NCBI GenBank assembly: GCA_977862235.1
Contig: OZ374557.1
Location: 806,001-870,000 of the forward strand
DNA from: Dudresnaya verticillata
Lineage: Eukaryota
Reading direction: 5' to 3'
DNA length: 64,000 bases
This document shows positions 61,253 to 64,000 of this stretch, one piece after another (within the stretch, counting starts at the first letter, position 1; each line of letters opens with the position of its first letter). The notes below the pieces were generated by a model. That model ran no database searches. It was not told the origin of the DNA and saw only the letters and a program-made list of their open reading frames with translations. The position numbers and the translations under genes are program-made.

Positions 61253-62766
61253 CTTAACCACCGATTCCTCTTGGAGTCTTCTCTGCTTCCCTCTTCAAAC
61301 CCCCATAACTTGTGTCCCCCCTTGGTTTAAGTACGACGCGCTGCGCAGACTACAATGCTGCCTCTGCGAGCTCCGCACTGATTTCCACTTAAGCACGGCG
61401 CGCCGCACCGTTGATTTTGGGCACACCGGACTGTCTTCTGTCTTAAACCTTCTGCCTTCTCTCTTCTGCCTTCTCCTTTGGCGCAGGCCAATACGTACGT
61501 CAAGTACACAAAGTGTAACCTTTGTGCACCCAGAACCGTCCTGTGCCCCCCAGGGCAACGTGTGGATACCCTGACGTTGGTGGTTCCACCGCAAGATACC
61601 CAAGGGCTCCTTGCCTTACTCCCCCCTAGGGCCCGGCAGCGGGGGAGAGATATGCTTCTTTAACCGACAACACCGGAGTGGTGTTGCCGTTACACGTCTG
61701 CCCTCCAAAGAGATGCACTTAGACAGGGCTGCCGAAGCACTGTCCAAAGCAAACGGGTCGCCCTTTCGCCTCGCGGAACCAATAGGCTCAACGCAAAGGG
61801 TACTCAGAGTTGCCGAATTGCCGCCCCCCGAGTCACAATCTGTGGGGCTTGCACTAGCAGACGATTGGTCGCGATGGTTACCAGGGGTCCGTCACCAAAG
61901 CGAAACTGAAACCGCAAAAATGGTTAGCGCTAGTACGCAACCGACGACGATTTTTCAGAGCCCGATCCAGGACGCGGACAGCAATGCGATTTTTTCCTAA
62001 GTCTTTTTTGACTTATGATTTATTTTTGCGCGTGCGGGCAGAGTCTAATTAGCCAACTATCGATTTTGATTTTGAATTTGTATTTTGTTTTTGTTTTTGT
62101 TTTTTCTTTTCCTACCGTAAATGCCCTATGCACTAAATAAAAAACAATTTGTCGCGCGTCGCTGGATCTGGATTCGGGTCGCTGCGTCGCCGGTTTGCGT
62201 GTTCGCGCTCGCACCGCTCTGAACTGCGCCCACCACGGATAACCGGTTGAACCCTCCCGCCCCCCTAGGGCGCGCCGCTACCACTCGGGGCAGCAACGAC
62301 GGGAATCAAGCAGGATCTGTACCCGTTGCGAAGGGGTCTACTCTCGCCACAACTCAGCTTAGATGCCCCGGGCTTCCACCCGTGCTTGCGCACTCCCGTA
62401 GAGGGAGGGGGGAGGAGTCGTGCGGGAGCGTTCCCCGCCGCCGCTCATATGGCCCTGTAGTTTGCGATTTACCGGGCCTCAGCGAGATCACGGCGAGCTC
62501 ACTTCGGATGAGCACTACAGTACCAATTTAATTATGTGAAGTAGCTTTCTAGGCCCCTAGGACAGGTGCGGTTTTAATCACATAATTTAAGAATGGAGGC
62601 GCACGGCGGGACTGTAAGATCGTATCACTGTAGCGCGGCGGCGCGTCTGTCAATTTACTGTCAGAAAATCGGAGCGCACCACTGCGCGCGCGTTGATTTG
62701 GTACCACGGCAAAATGAAGCCAATCGGGTGGCGCGGCTTGGCGGTCAGCCAATGGGGTTGCAGCTT

Positions 62767-62856
62767 TGCTACTGCTACTGCTGCTGCTGCTGATGCTGAT
62801 GCTGCTGATGCTGCTGATGCTGCTGATGCTGCTGCTGCTGCTGCTGCTGCTGCTGA
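62767..62856. repeat. (GCT/GAT)n microsatellite in the Helitron 5' region; copies at 55281-55362 and 54675-54702
   Basis: Directly visible trinucleotide runs in all three Helitron units. Confidence 0.9.
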
Positions 62857-63182
62857 ATGTTTCTATCGTAAAAGGGAGAACTAGTAATATTTTTAGGCGT
62901 GCGTAGAAATAGGATTGGCGGCAAAGGATGGTAATGACGGGCGGATGTTAAATTCTACAAATATTTTACGTGTACGAAGCCCTCGAGGGGCGTCGTACAC
63001 TGACTAATCATTACTATGGGGAGAATACGTGCGTACCCGTTGCTTACATCCACACGTGAACGCAGCTTGCGCCTTACAGTGCGGTCCACGTTCAGACCGT
63101 ACACGTGTGTGATCCTATTGTGCCCGATATGCGCATGCCCTCGTGTACCACGTGTATGCGTACAGCCGCTTATGCCACGTTA

Positions 63183-63928
63183 GAGCATCTCTACCGGCAC
63201 GGTAAATTATATTTCTAACGCGCATTTTTCACCATATGTTCCGCGCTCATTGGGTGAATCTAATAGTCTGAAGATAGGTATTTAGGTGTGTATACAACGA
63301 CTGTGTAAACTCTACCGGTTGAATTTATTTCTAACCGTATCCGGGCCACAGTGCTCCTTCCTCGTCCTGCCCTAGCAACTTCGACACAATGCATCACCGC
63401 CTGTTCCCGTACTTGCTGTCGGGGACCGCCGGCGGCTGTGGTCCCTTCTCGATGAAGCGGCAGTGCATGGCTTCGGAGAAGCGCTTGGCCTTCTGGTCCG
63501 CACCCACGACTCGATCCTCGGACCCAGCGATCCATGCGCAGGCGAGGACCTCGTTCTCATCCTGATGTCCCAGCTCTTCCCGCGGCCCATGTTGGCGGTG
63601 TGTGTGTGTGAGTGGTAGAGGTGGGCTAGCGGGGACGAAATGTGACATGTAGCATGGGTTGTGGCGGAAGATGGATGGTACTGTGTACAGCACCTCTCTC
63701 TGTCTTCGCGCGCTTTGCGCAACCAATAATGGAGCAGAGAATGGCACTGTGTATCAATAGAATACCTCACGCGCGTGCGCTATTGGGGTGATCAATAGAC
63801 ATTTTCGGCTGGGTATTCTATTGAAAATTTACGCGATTAGAATAGATTCGCCGCGGTAGAGATGGGAAATTCTATCTATACTAAAAAATTGTATATATTT
63901 ACTGAATAGCGAACCGGTAGAGATGCTC
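63183..63928 (-). mobile_element. Non-autonomous PIF/Harbinger (Tourist-like) element with a fragment of the accessory gene
   Basis: 15-bp TIR GAGCATCTCTACCGG / CCGGTAGAGATGCTC; TSD TTA on both sides; internal MGRGKSW...ENEVLACAWIAGSEDRVVGADQK (ATG at 63590). Confidence 0.9.
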
Positions 63929-64000
63929 TTACCCACACTCAGCGTTTCACCGTACCTGAGCCTCGGCCGAATTGTCCACGGTTTGTACGCCAATGGCGTT

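Larger units (their letters stand above)
55538..63025 (-). mobile_element. Autonomous-type Helitron unit 1 (RepHel-encoding)
   Basis: 5' A|TTCTCCCCATAGTAA; 3' 12-13-bp-stem hairpin (55547-55573) then CTTG; Rep and PIF1 helicase domains. Confidence 0.9.

Noticed and set aside
55075..63025. Direct repeats flanking RepHel interpreted as LTRs
   Set aside because: No TG...CA ends, PBS or TSD; explained as shared 5' ends of two tandem Helitrons

Overview
Eukaryotic, transposon-saturated DNA, probably from a red alga (inferred from the intronless secreted-protein family and the TE mix). It contains one intact-looking host gene (22403-23653, secreted Cys-rich/mucin-like protein) among nested, decaying transposons. 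There are four Ty3/Gypsy LTR retrotransposons with internal domains: A 1-6778 (-), B 11181-20158 (+), C 24914-36277 (+) and D 40344-53469 (-). B, C and D have 5-bp TSDs and integrase chromodomains. Two further LTRs (E, F), piggyBac, pogo/Tc5 and MULE transposase remnants, two PIF/Harbinger-type elements and a head-to-tail stack of three Helitrons are also present. Main observation: C and D each encode a long antisense ORF beside the 3' LTR, and the two proteins look homologous. Each element is also covered, including through coding sequence, with its own palindrome (C: CCGTWACGG, about 27 exact copies; D: CGCC-N3-GGCG, about 40 copies; counted by eye), and the two motifs are almost mutually exclusive. 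This suggests an element-specific protein/cognate-motif system, by analogy with VANDAL/VANC anti-silencing. That function is a hypothesis.
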